Source of the DNA: Phoronis australis
Lineage: Eukaryota; Animalia; Phoronida
Reading direction: 5' to 3'
Assembly: GCA_002633005.1 (NCBI GenBank)
Contig: NMRA01000165.1
Span: 377,541 to 441,540 of the forward strand
Length of the DNA: 64,000 nucleotides
Below the pieces are notes generated by a model. The model saw only the letters and a list, made by a program, of their open reading frames with translations. It made no database searches and was not told where the DNA came from. Positions 1 to 12,365 of this stretch are shown here, piece after piece. Positions within the stretch are counted from its first letter, which is position 1. Each line of letters opens with the position of its first letter. The position numbers and the translations under genes are program-made.

Positions 1-3000
1 TCAGATAGAACTGCGTTTCAAGTCATTCACTATAGGCACTCGAGGGTTCAAATTGGAAGCTCGCGCCGTATGACGTCGTATGACGTAGACGATGCGAGCC
101 TCATTTGCATATATTAGTGACATCTGTTGGTTCAAAAAAGAGGATCGTGCCCGAGTACATGCCTGGGAAGAGGCATCTTTTGGAAGGGTAAAACAAGTCA
201 TGTTCAAAGCATCCCAGTGCCATTAATATGAAGTCTTTGGGGACAAAAGTGGTGTCATTTTATAGCTAAAGAGTTAAGCTTTCAAACACAATGCTTGGAT
301 TCCAGACTACTTTAACATTTACTTTTGAAATCACCTTTGAAAATACGTTAAAATGCGCTAAAACAGTTGTCCCTTCCTGGTTATCTCTTCCTGCTGACAC
401 GGATAGGATTTTAAAATGCGAGTTTTCACTTTACACATGAAGTCTTGGACTTTCACGTGTCTCACTGCGAAAAAAAACGAAAACGTACTGACGCCTTTGT
501 GTTGAATGCGTTGGGGACATATTTCCCCATATTTCCCCATATTTCCGTGCTTCCGATCATTTCCTTGTTCCATTCTTCATCGGTGTCATTGGGTGTTTCT
601 GCCGGGCTGTAGTGCGACACACACTTCACCCGCCGTGCAATCTGGCCCAGATCCATTTTGGAAAGTTGGCAAACGTTATATCGGATTAAAAGAGATTAGT
701 CAGACACCGGCTGATCTTGAGTCATAAGTGAAACAAAACTTTGACATAACATGGGTTGACTCATTTGTATGGCTGCCAGTAGCGCTTCGTCAATGATTTT
801 TACGCTATGAAAAAATACAACTGAGACATCAATCTGTCTTACCCTATTACTTGATTTCCGTTGCTGGGAAGAAGAACCAGAAACGGCCGTTCTTACGACG
901 AAGATAAATGTTTCAGAAAAATGCCGTTGTTTGAATTTTGAAAGCGACTGAGGACTATTCTACTATAGCGAGGAAATATTTAGGTCTAAGTTGAAAGACT
1001 TAATTACTATATTTTTCTCAAAATAAAAACTGTAATTCGGAGCGATTTGCTTTCTCCCTCACAAAATTCGGGAAATCAAAAAGTGACTATGCTTTTGTTT
1101 TTCCTTATATTACGTTTTCTACACCAATCAGAACTAAGCTGCAGCTGTTGAGAACGAGAGATTTACCCTTGACTGCCGTCTCCCTCCAGTGTCCTCACCT
1201 TTTGACAGCCGGCGCTGGGAACAACTTACTCTGTCAATTGCAATTTCCAACAAAGTCCTGAAGGGAAAACCACCGTGTTTTGTGTTTTTGGTTATTTTTG
1301 TGAATAATAAGATCATAGTTAATTAATGGTTGACATATAAAGATTGAAGACTGCAGCGGGCACCAGACTTTAAGTAGAGGGCTCAAGTTAAAGCCAAATA
1401 AAACTTGACCACTATAGCCACGACTGATATCACAATCAATCAAATATTAAGCATGTTGATTCAAAATTTGACTGATAGTGATCACATTTGAGCATGGTGA
1501 ACGCTGCACCTATTCTTAAGCTACGTGCCGTTTGGCATGTCTGCGCACTTACTGATGTTACTGTGAGCGGGTGGCTACTTGCCGGTGGCGTTGTGTGTTG
1601 TTTTCGGTTTTATTGACGAAAACTCATTTCTGGAGATTATTGGCTGATTGAGTAGACTTGATTTCTTGAAATTATTAGCTTCGACCAAAGCTATTAAACA
1701 TTGAAATCTATTGGTCGCAATTTGTTCCTTAGTTCGAAATTAATTGGAGTGCATTTCAGGGCTTCCAAAGACCTGATAGTTCGTCGTTAGGCCTACTTTA
1801 GACATGTTGGCCTGTAACGGCGTAACATTTTATTCGGCCAGCGTGGTCATTCTTTGCAAAGCTAGAAACCACACTTCTCGTTTGAGTGAGGAAGCAGTTG
1901 ACACCAATTTTGTGGTGGTATTGTCTAAAACAAAAGTTTGCCGTTTGGACGGAACTGTGACTTATTGACCATGCTATTGATCAAATCTGGGATTTTCCCC
2001 CTCCAGCAGAGCATTAGAGCTGCAACTGCGACGGTTGCAGTTTCGATTCTATGCAGATCTCAGGAAATCATTTTTTTCTCACCGATAGTATCCATGTGAG
2101 GAAATATTGCTAATACATGTATACTAATTGAACTATGGAAATTTTACCACGTGTTATCTGCTAATCCTTCGTGAAGTGTCATATATTTAGTATTTGCTAA
2201 GCGTTTTACAGTTGATATTTAAAATAACGATCATGTGAGTTGAACTAAACAGATAGCCGATTCATCTTTTGGTTGCTCTGGAATTTATTTCTTAAAAAAG
2301 AGTCATTACTTCTATTTTACTGCTTGATTACAAAATATATGGTATGTATCACGATATAAAATATATCATAAACCTTTCCAGGTGATGATAAATAAAACAT
2401 ATATCCCCTAAATCAATTATACAAGGCATCAGTAAATAAAAAGAGTGTCAAAATCCCTCTCTTGGCTGTGTTCGAAACTTCCAAACATGAGCCACCATAC
2501 TCCACGAACAAGATCATGTCTTGTTCTATCGGGCGTGCACTGGTGGTAGAGATAGTCGCACCAGTGAGAGCTTTTTATATAAGCATATTGTACTCTAAAT
2601 TGAAAGTTAGCTTTTAGTAGAAGACCCGAGTTAATTGCCCTTTAAAAGTTTTTTATTTAATGTTGTAGTTTTAAGACAATCTTTCTATGTATGACGTCTT
2701 CATACCTGAAATCATTTCTTCTTCCGTCAACAAACACTATCAAACCCCAGCCACTTCTCGTCATTACATACTGAGTGTGAGAACAAGTGGGGAAATTCGA
2801 ACTTCCACTGAATCGCATAACACGTAGATTTACTAATTTGTGGAAAACGGAAATATAACTGTTAAAATTCCTAAACGAAACTTGAGGATCGTGTTCGGAA
2901 ACTTTTACACGATGTCTAAATGATTAGTGATACACACTGGAAAATGATGCCAACACATGATATGAGAAACATGTTGAAAATTCACATCCAGTCCATATGC

Positions 3001-4520
3001 TCTGAAGTTGATAGCAATGAAACATCTGTCGATAAATTAAAATCTATGTCAATAATCTATTGAAATTTATTACTGTTTTTCCATTATCTATCATTGTTTG
3101 ACAGAAACTTGGAAACTATTAATTTTGGATATTTGACGGTTTCAGGGCCCACTAAAAGTTCATATAAACAATGTCAAGTAGAAAAACAAGGGCAAAATAC
3201 ACCAATATGGCTGTTTTTATTTAATTTAACAATGGTATCCACTGGTTTCCGCCCCATTATGAGTTCACGCTGTCACTACCCGTGCACAAATGCGCAGCTC
3301 TGATGCAAACTACAGACTCTACACTTGCCTTTGCACAGTACTCATAATAGGCTATTTAGAATAATTCGTCAAATAATAATCAAACGGCGCTACATTCATG
3401 CTCTACAGGCTAGCGAAGGGACAACTTCCGATATCAAAAATTGAAACTAAATCAAAGAGCCATCGGTGTGCTGTATTGGGGGCTTACGCAGACACTTTTC
3501 AGTCGGAAAAGATTACAAGCCCATCATGCAGCATACTGGACTCCGCCAGCAAATGAATCAAACTGATGCTCTTATCAAAATCCGAAATTTTGGTAGTCTT
3601 ATTGTTCAAAATATAGTATTTTCACACTATAAACCTTTCAGAGTACATGCCCTTAGCGGCCTGGAGTTCGCAAACCGTGGTTATTTCTCAGTGACACGTG
3701 TGCTGGTTCACTATAAGGCCTTTTGGAGTATAGACCCTTCAAAATAGGAACACTAGAGTATCGTGTGTAGGTATTGCATATTTGTTTCAAAGGGTTCAGA
3801 TTTCGAAAATAGAATTTTATTCTTCGGAGCAATGTCTCACCAGTGTAACAACTCGACACCTCATTCACTTACAGATACTCGCTAAAAACCTGTTATTATA
3901 GCGTTGAAAATACATGCTAATTAGCACCATGTTTCTGAAGACATGCCCGCAAGGCTCTGTATACTGGACCCACTGTTTTCATGATATCTTCTGTACATTC
4001 GAGAGCAATTACCAAAGAAACATTTACCCAGATGAACTATGCATTGTTAGGTGTTTTAGAAAATGCAGCAAACAAGGTTACGACGGAGACGGAGTATGTT
4101 TGATTTCGTTTGAATTCAAACCTCATTCTTAGTAGGAATTCTACTCAGTGGAGCCCAAAAATGTAAATATGTTGACAGTGCTATTATTAAAGTGAAAATT
4201 CTCTTGAAGTGTTGATTACACCAATTAAGTGTAAAATAAATTTCTGTGAACAACGGGATAACCTTTGCTCCCGGAAAGCTGAACAAAGGCTCTTTCGATT
4301 GCCTCATTTGTACAGAGTTAAGTTTTGCATGACACAGGATCTCTTTATCCTCAACGATTTTGTTTTTTATGTGAGATTTGAGGTATTTTGTCTGAGTCAT
4401 ACTCTACAGTTTACATACAGGAGTATTTCAGGGGACTTCAACTCACTGGGATTATCTCATTTTCCAAGCTTTGAGTTTCTCCGTGGATTATAAGCTCAGT
4501 GAAAGTGCTTTTGTGTCCTA

Positions 4521-5063
4521 CATGACGGCGTTTTTTCGTTCAGTGACTTTACGAGATCTAGAGGGTTGTGAGTGTGTGATAACTTCTAGCTTCTTTATTA
4601 ACTGCCAAACACAGACTTTTGTCTGGTAGGACAACAGGTAGGCCAATTATCTACCAGGCTTATTACAGAAAGACGTGTGAACACAGTCAAACCCAGAGCG
4701 AATTGGTACATTCGGAAAGAATAGATTGTTGTAACTTCTGTTGTAGTTGGGCGATTTTGGCTATTCAAAAAATAAACATGATCACAATTTGACGAGGATT
4801 TCAGAAATGCTATTGGTTTATATTCAAATATGTTATAACTTAACTTTTATTTTTAACAACACAGCCCAGTCAGGCCGCTAGATGAGATCTTATTGGAGAT
4901 TAGAGCAATTATCGAACAAAAGAGAGCTGGCCCTCCAAACATAAATGCCAAAATGGAGTTAATCAGTCGTAAGATATTGGCTACAGGTGGTCATCTTCCC
5001 AACTTATTGTTGGGCTATAGAATCGAACAAGTTGGGAGCAACGCCGGGGAAAACGCCGTAATG
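4521..5063. mobile_element. MITE copy A carrying a nested insertion of about 260 bp
   Basis: TIRs CATGACGGCGTTTT / AAAACGCCGTAATG with TA flanks. Aligns in inverted orientation to 51633-51915, except for extra sequence at about 4745-5005. Confidence 0.7.
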
Positions 5064-5700
5064 TATGTACATGAATTCCCAGTACCCACTGCACGTAGGC
5101 CGCCGGCAGTAGCTAGCAAAGTTGACGGAATGTGCCAACCCGTCAAAAATTGGACAGTTGTGAATTAATGGATTCAATTCCCCATTGCCGGGTAGAAATC
5201 GGTCGCTGTTATGGCAAGAGAAACTTCGAGAGCAAGTTTGGTGTGAATTCGCGATTTCCATCTGTACTTTTAACACTGAACCTAAAATCATCTTTCTGAA
5301 AGGGAACCACTGACTTAAGATGTACTGGATCCGGTTTTGTGGCCTCTTGGTAGCCCGGATTGCCTCACACCGACGGTTCCCATCTTGCTCTCCCTAAAAC
5401 AAAACAGTGCTCTATATAATCCTTCACTTATTCACCTAAAAATGTTGAAAACCCGCTACGAAGTCTAACCGGCAAGTCTTTGCAGGCCGCGTGCTACACT
5501 ACAACTCCAGACTCGCATGGGCGGCGCAACATAGGTAAGTGGGAAGGCGCTATACCCCACTGAGTGCTGCACCGCCCGTGAGGACCACTCGCCAAGAACC
5601 GTGATATCCGTAGTGACACAGGCAGTATATGTTTACTGTTGAATCATGCTTTTAAATCTCTAGTGAGATGCCAATGATGCATTTGGCAGGGGGACGTGGT

Positions 5701-5760
5701 GGAAATCACCGAAGCGGAGTTTTGGGCCTAGGCGGGGACCTCCTTTATTTGGAATTTCCC
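5701..5760. promoter_or_regulatory. Cluster of NF-kB-like sites upstream of the A20-like gene
   Basis: GGAAATCACC (5701, variant), GGGGACCTCC (5734) and GGAATTTCCC (5751; reverse GGGAAATTCC). Nearby are TATATAA at 5413 and donor AG|GTAAGT at 5535. Confidence 0.5.
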
Positions 5761-5897
5761 ACTGATACTCATATGCAAAATGCGTCCATTTTCTCAATTT
5801 CTTTTAATTTAGGAATAAAAAAAAAAAAACAAGTAAAAACAGACGGATGATACCGTGCACTCTGCTGCTACACTGATAGAGTACTACTCAGCCTTGT

Positions 5898-6355
5898 CCC
5901 CAAGCCTCGACGCTGCTGATCGGATTAACCACTTTGAGGCTTGGTTATGGGAAATGCCTTCTGCCCAGTGATTGGCCGCTGTCTTGGTGTCATGAAAACA
6001 AAGAGAGATTTTAATTAATTTCACAGGCGTTGTTGCTGACATTCATTTGGCAGAAAGCATGTTTTTGGTTATTTTTTGATATAAAGGTTGTTGACGTACT
6101 TATTTTCAATTGTTTTTCATCAATAGTATCATAGAAATCAATCTCTTTTGGCGCAAATAGCATCATTTTTGCAATAATTTGGACCTTAATTGCCGCAATA
6201 GACCGTTAGTTTTCATTTTTATATTATACTGCAGAAAATTTCAAAACTGATTTAACTTTTTTTACTCGTGATATTGCGGAAATTTCCGTAAAACTGTGTG
6301 TTACACAATTAAGCCTCAAATAGCTAAACCGATCAGAGCCATCTTGAGGCTTGGA
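5898..6355. mobile_element. Putative MITE
   Basis: Imperfect inverted ends CCAAGCCTCGACGCTGCTGATCGG / CCGATCAGAGCCATCTTGAGGCTTGG; no clear TSD. Confidence 0.4.
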
Positions 6356-7438
6356 AGGCACAGAACAGTTCTCACTGGGTTTTGCCTAGCAAAACACGCA
6401 TCACTTGATTTGTAACCTTTTCTTCACTCTGGTCAAAAACAGGATGCAAAGAATGGCATGTTTTCAATTATTTCACATAAAAAGCCCAGCAGATGAGCAC
6501 AGAAACTTTATCCTTTCTAGTATTTTTGACCATTTCATTCCCACTGAAAACCAAGTTAGACTAAGAAAAATAAGGGCAAAAAAATGCAAAATCGGCACTT
6601 TTTACCCGAAAAACACCACTTCCCTGCCGATGCACGACTAAAACCAACATTAGAGTCTGAAAGCAAATTTCCTACCGATTCCGAAAATGATGTCCAAAAG
6701 TACTGTCAACCAACTTTTTTTGGCAATTCTTGCTTGTTTGAGGGCTACCTAAAATCACAGCCAATTTCTCGGTCGCTACCCAACAATGCACAATTGCAGC
6801 CGGGGGCCGCCATCTTGAAGAAGAGTGCAGCTACAGCCAAGAAAGTGGCTTTTTTATTCACAGCATGTTCACAAATACAAACAAACCACATTCACCGAGC
6901 CTACGTGCAATGCACACCTACAAAATGCCCCCAAACTTGGCCTACCCCAAAACATCTATATTTTGGCAGTGCAAATTGGCCGCGGCCGCAGCCTAACTAT
7001 TCAGTGCCACCTTGGGGACGTGGAATATGAATTCGTCCTTGACCTTTGAAACAAAATCCGTTCTAGTCTGAACTGGTACTTTCCCGTAGTGTCAGCGCGC
7101 TAAATTTAGCACACTTGCGACGAATTTGCCCCTAAATGGCCCGAGTCACACGGTGGTATATGAAACTCCTTTTACGCTTTTAGATATCACATTTGTCTAT
7201 GAAACGACTTGGTGAGTGTTTTATTGTGTTTTCAAATTTAGTACACACTACGTAGGCTCATCCCTGACGATAAGTCAACGATTCTTGCCAGTTAGGCCTA
7301 TTTAAAAGCACAGGCGTCAGCTTCTGATTGTCCCCAAGCCCAATACACTAATTCTAGAAGTTTTATATAGAGTGGATTAGATTGGAGACGATCAGAAGCT
7401 TCCGACAGTTGTGTTTCAAGTTAGGCTATTGTACATGT

Positions 7439-7977
7439 TGTAGTAATAGCCGAGATTACCCGACCCGGGGATCGAACCAGCGACCCCCATTAAACCGGCA
7501 AGCGTGCTAACCATTCAGCTAATAGGCAATTGCCCGTTAGCGAGTAGCTAACAGAGGCTCATATAATTCACCGGAAGCACATCTACAACATTCCCCCCTT
7601 CCCAACGGAACGGACACGCGACCAGGAAGGTGAACACCAGGATGTCTCGCATACAGGTCATCAACGTCCCTTGGTACCTTTACCACCACAACACAGGTGA
7701 ACACAAGGTAGTCTCTCATACAGGTCCTTGACTTCTGGAACCTTCCACGCGCGCCGTCCCGAGGTCCGTGGGTACTAGTTGGCACTGCTTCATCGGTAGA
7801 TCATCCGTTTGCCGACTACGCCATTTGTAGTAATAGCCGAGATTACCCTACCCGGTGATCGAACCAGCGACCCCCATAAAACCGGCAAGCGTGCTAACCA
7901 TTCAGCTAATAGGCAATTGCCCATTAGCGAGTACCTAACAGAGGCTCATATAATTCACCGGAAGCACATCTACAACA
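7439..7977 (-). mobile_element. TRIM (non-autonomous miniature LTR retroelement) with tRNA-like sequence in its LTRs (Helenus-like)
   Basis: 152-bp direct repeats 7439-7590 and 7826-7977 (5 mismatches, TG...CA ends). ATGT TSD at 7435-7438 and 7978-7981. Minus-strand PBS TGGCGTAGTCGGCA (7810-7823) and PPT GGGAAGGGGGGAA (7591-7603). A and B boxes in the LTRs. Confidence 0.92.
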
Positions 7978-8692
7978 ATGTCGTATTGGCATGTCTCAAA
8001 GACGAGTGCAAGGGTATACAATGACAGATTTACAAAGAGACCTCATTCGATTAGTCTATTATCAATTCAGGTGCTGACAGATTTCATGTTCAACATTGTG
8101 TTTTCTCGATATCTGGACTCAATACCCACCTATCTGACGGCGTGCCCAATTTAGCCAAAATCTTATACTATTGCAAGAATATAGTCCTCAGCTTTTTGCT
8201 TTTATATAGACAGAACTGTTCACTGTCACTGGGGAATGAAGCTGAATAAGGCCTTACTATAGGGTGTCCAGACTCTAAAAAGGGACTCATCTTTTAGAAG
8301 CCTCCTTTTAAAGTCACCCTTTTGTAAATTGTAAGGTATTATTCTGGAAACACCATCCTTTTTGAAGGTGCTGATTCCAAAAATATATTGCGAAGGTATT
8401 TTTGGACAGCTGAATTAATTGTCAACCGATTACATATAATCAATGCAAGAATAGATGTTATGTTGTCAAAAATGAGTACATATTTTGCAGTCGAAGTTTT
8501 AAAAGTATTATAAACTATTCTGTAGATTTTTGTAATTGAAAAAGGAAAATTCACAAATTTAATGCTTAAAATTTTTGGAATTTTGTTAGAAAAGCACCCT
8601 TTTCTAAGAAAACCCTTCTCAGCATCATGTCCTACAGTTTTTATGGGAATATCCCCCCGGGAGTAAACGGTTTGGATGCAAAAGCGCTGTAA

Positions 8693-9596
8693 AGGCGAAG
8701 GCAACCTTTTTTCATGTCATTGTTAGCAAAAATAAGGTTCGTTGGTTATCCCAGACATATTTTCAACTTGATTACAGCTTTTCATAATTTAATTAAATAT
8801 TCGTTCTCTACTCTAGAAGTGACGTTTTGGGAGGCAAGCATTTCGCGCCAATTTCTTTTCATATAGTTTGACTATAAGAGCTGTCGAGTCAGTCATTGAT
8901 CTACCTCGGTTGTGATAAGTTCGGTCATCGTTTGCTTTTGTTTACGAGTCAGTCAACATGCTACACTGTTGCTGCGTACCGGGATGTACTCATTATGGCC
9001 CAAAGCCTGTAAGCAGCCCTGCTGCGATGTTGAGTAGTGGGAATGAAAACAGGTCCAGTCAGTGAAGAGTACAGTTCGTCCAATGAACAGATCGGTGAGC
9101 CAAACTTTGATCAATTTATTGTGGACTTGTTTAAAGTATTGGAGCTATTTAGAAGGTGCCAGGTGTCTGGCGAGGGAGTCACACAGTGGGGTGTAAGCAG
9201 TTTGTGTGCTCAAGTAACTATCCAGTGGGAGTGTGTCGCGGTACACTCGGGCAAATGGGACAGTTGTTCCTCTGGCCGTGAGACAATAATGAGTACATCC
9301 CGGTACGCAGCAACAGTGTGGCATGTTGACTGACTCGTAAACAATAGCAAACGATGACCGAACTTATCACAACCGAGATAGAACAATGACTGACTTGGCA
9401 GCTCTCACAGTCAGACTATATGAAAAGAAATTGGCTCGAAATGCTTGCCTCCCAAAACGTCACTTCCGTAGTAGAGAACGAGTAATTAATTAAATTACGA
9501 AAAGCTGTAATTAAGTGGGAAATATGTCTGGGATAACCAACGAACCTTATTTTTGCTAAAAAAGACATGAAAAAGGTTAAATAATTGCCTTTGCCT
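8693..9596 (+). mobile_element. Kolobok-like non-autonomous DNA transposon, internally deleted copy
   Basis: AGG...CCT termini, about 300-bp inverted repeats, flanks GTAA/TTAA. Homologous to 35992-37317. Internal remnant FIVDLFKVLELFRRCQVSG...ECVAVHSGKWDS. Confidence 0.8.
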
Positions 9597-10041
9597 TTAA
9601 TGCCCCATGCAGGGCCATCTTTGTTTTGGTTAAAATTTTAGTATGTGATGATATGTTAGTTCAACACGTACGTAATAAAACCATAGACCGAATGTAATTC
9701 ATTTGTTGTTGCAACTAGTAGGTGCTCCCTCTCTAGCCTGATTTGTGCCAAGTTCAAGTTTGTCTTGATCTAATTAGCAAGTTACTTTTGGAACTTAAAC
9801 GAAAACATGTACTTGTTAGAGATATCCAAAATCACCATTAAAGTGTTAGCGACAAAGCCGACAATGGATCTTGCAATCAGTTCTGGCAAAAATAAATTGT
9901 ACCTAATACCTGCCCTTGCAAAAATTAAGTGAGTGTGTTGGTTGACTAAATTGATTAGATAAAAATATGTTCTTTTTCATTTTATTGTTGAAAACACTGG
10001 CATTTTTCGCATCTCATTTAGAACTGTTGTTTTAGCTTTCA

Positions 10042-10336
10042 ATGGCAACTATTAAGTTCATACAAAGCTTGCCTGCTGTGAACCAAGCCAAGAGAAAACA
10101 ATTAGAAAAGAAGATCCACGATGACGTAAAAGAAGGCACCAATGGCCATCCCTGCCACTTACTATCCATGGCATTCTTCACCTTCGTGCTCTTCAATGTG
10201 ACAGTGTTTCCCCAGGATCATCAACGAGCAATTGAGGAAGCTCTGATTGACCATGGCTTTAAGGAGAGCCTGGAGAAGTCGCGTGCTCTCAACTGGTGTA
10301 GAACAATCAAACGACTCTATCCAATGCTGACTCTGG
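10042..10336 (+). CDS. TNFAIP3: TNFAIP3/A20-like deubiquitinase, coding exon 1 (OTU N-terminal part)
   Basis: Acceptor AG at 10020-10021, ATG at 10042. ALIDHGFKESLEKSRALNWC resembles A20 [20 protein letters not shown], with the Asp at residue 70. Donor G|GTGAG at 10337 (phase 1). Confidence 0.9.
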
Positions 10337-10777
10337 GTGAGCAACCTCATTGTTGTGTCTTCAAAATAAGACTAGAAAAGATTATATCCCTCTCTCCCTA
10401 GACTGCAGTATTCCGATGTTCAGGAATTAATTGTTTTTGCTTCGTATTGTGATCTTTTTCATGTACATTCTTAAGGTATGATACAAAGATAAATGACTGG
10501 TGCAGAGTTCAGATATAATTCGCTGTAAAAATGCCCTAAATGTTGTACTGCATTCTCTTGTTTCTTGTTCAAATGATGCTGTAAGATTTATTAATTACAA
10601 GCTGTCTGATCAGGCCCCTTGTATGCCACTGAAGAGCAAACCTTGAAGTGAGGTTGTCTGTTCAAGTGTTTACAACGCCGTTGGAACACACATATGTTGC
10701 AATAACCAAGCTTGCTTTATTTTTATCATGTTATTACTTATCTGCTTATCATGAATGTTACTCTCTCGCTTCACCAG

Positions 10778-10971
10778 GGGATGGCAACTGTCTGCTGTCA
10801 GCAGTTTGCTTAGCGATGTGGGGTTGTCCTGACAGCAGTGTCTTCTTGCGGAGGCTCATGTATGTTTGGTTAGTTGACCCAGAGTCAACTGCTAAGTTAC
10901 GCCAGCGTTGGCTTTGTGAGAGGAAGAAACTAAATGATCTCATTCCTGGAGGCCTTGTGGTAAACAACGAG
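10778..10971 (+). CDS. TNFAIP3: A20-like coding exon 2 (catalytic Cys motif GDGNCL)
   Basis: Acceptor tcaccAG at 10776-10777. Splicing gives TLGDGNCLLSAVCLAMWG with the Cys at residue 103. Donor GAG|GTAAGC at 10972 (phase 0). Confidence 0.92.
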
Positions 10972-11057
10972 GTAAGCAGTGTGTTTCTGATACATAATTT
11001 ATTCAAGTACTTGGTGTTTGGATAAAATAGCTTGTCAATTTCTTCTCATGTTTTTAA

Positions 11058-11575
11058 GGTTATGTAGGACCAAATCCACAAGTCTTGTATTCAGCTAAAA
11101 AATTACAAAACTGTACATTTTGACTCAGTGAAAGTACAATTTTCCTAAAAGTAGAATGCCTGTAGAATTTGATTTTTGACTTTATACCAATATGTTGTCA
11201 ATTGGTCCATGTCTACGTCTTTAGCAATATTTAACAAAACAAGAAAGGTACGCTGATAGTAAAACAATCGCAATAACGAGTAAATGTTCAACATGAAACC
11301 TCAAAAATGCTGTTACTATTTCTAAATCATCATTTCATTTTAAATTCATGTTTTGATTCTTCACGAAAAAAGTGAAGGTTGTAGTTTTGATAACTCCTCA
11401 TGCAAAAATGGAACATTTTAAAACCAATTCCGGACAGGCATGCATTTGGAGAACACTGCCTAGTACATAGTACTACTGGTACTTTAAAGTTTCATGTCAA
11501 TCAATCAACCACTTCTGAGATATGATGTTCTTAAGTTAGGCAAATTGGGACGTTTTTGTAGAGTCCTAAATAACC
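11058..11575. mobile_element. Kolobok-type MITE in the intron between A20 coding exons 2 and 3
   Basis: TTAA|GGTTATGTAGGAC ... GTCCTAAATAACC|TTAA (TIR match 12/13, TTAA TSD), 518 bp. Confidence 0.75.
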
Positions 11576-12365
11576 TTAACGTTATATTTGGAAGATCATG
11601 TGTTAACCTTGATCACTGTAATTAGCTTGACAGTGGTTCAAACAGGGTGGTTTGCAGCTTGAGCAAAAGTTCATTTTCTTATGCTGGGGTTTGACGGTCG
11701 GTATAACGCAGCTCATCAACTAGATGATCTGCCAAATTCTCAGCTTGCCAAATGGAAAATGAGCTAGAACAGTGGCATTTTTTGTCGAACACACAATTTC
11801 TAGTAGGGATAAATGACGTGCTCAATGTCCTCGTTCACCTTCTCAGATCTTACCTTGGGGAAAGCACACCATGCATGCATCAAGGTACAGCACTGCTGGT
11901 TTTTGCCGAATAATTCCAACTCTTATATTACTTGGTGATGTAATTTGGGAGCATGCTCGGATGTGTGTCAGATGTACGAATTGAATAGAAATAGTATAAA
12001 CCAAAAGTATTTATCAGGGAAAAATCTTAATCATTGTCTGGAGGTATCTTGAAATTTTGAAGCATATTACAGGTGAATTCTCATTTGCCCGACTTGTTCA
12101 TACCTGGTTGCCAGTCGAAATAATCCGACAACTTTGTGCCAGTTTTGTATTTTATCTTGCCGCCGTAACAAAATTCGAGGTCGCATTGGCAAGCTATGGT
12201 TGCCAATCAAGCTCCGTATGTTATGCTGAAATAATAACAAGTTTTCAACAAGAATTCATTTCTCTCTTTTTAAATGTGCTTGTAGCGGGAGTAAAAACCT
12301 TGATTTTTGTTGCTTTTAAGATACTTATTCAATGCCATCCATCTTCCCATTCTTTTCAATCATAG

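Noticed and set aside
7458-7527. tRNA gene (and its duplicate near 7845-7914)
   Set aside because: A and B boxes are present, but the acceptor and anticodon stems do not pair properly and the sequence is part of an LTR.
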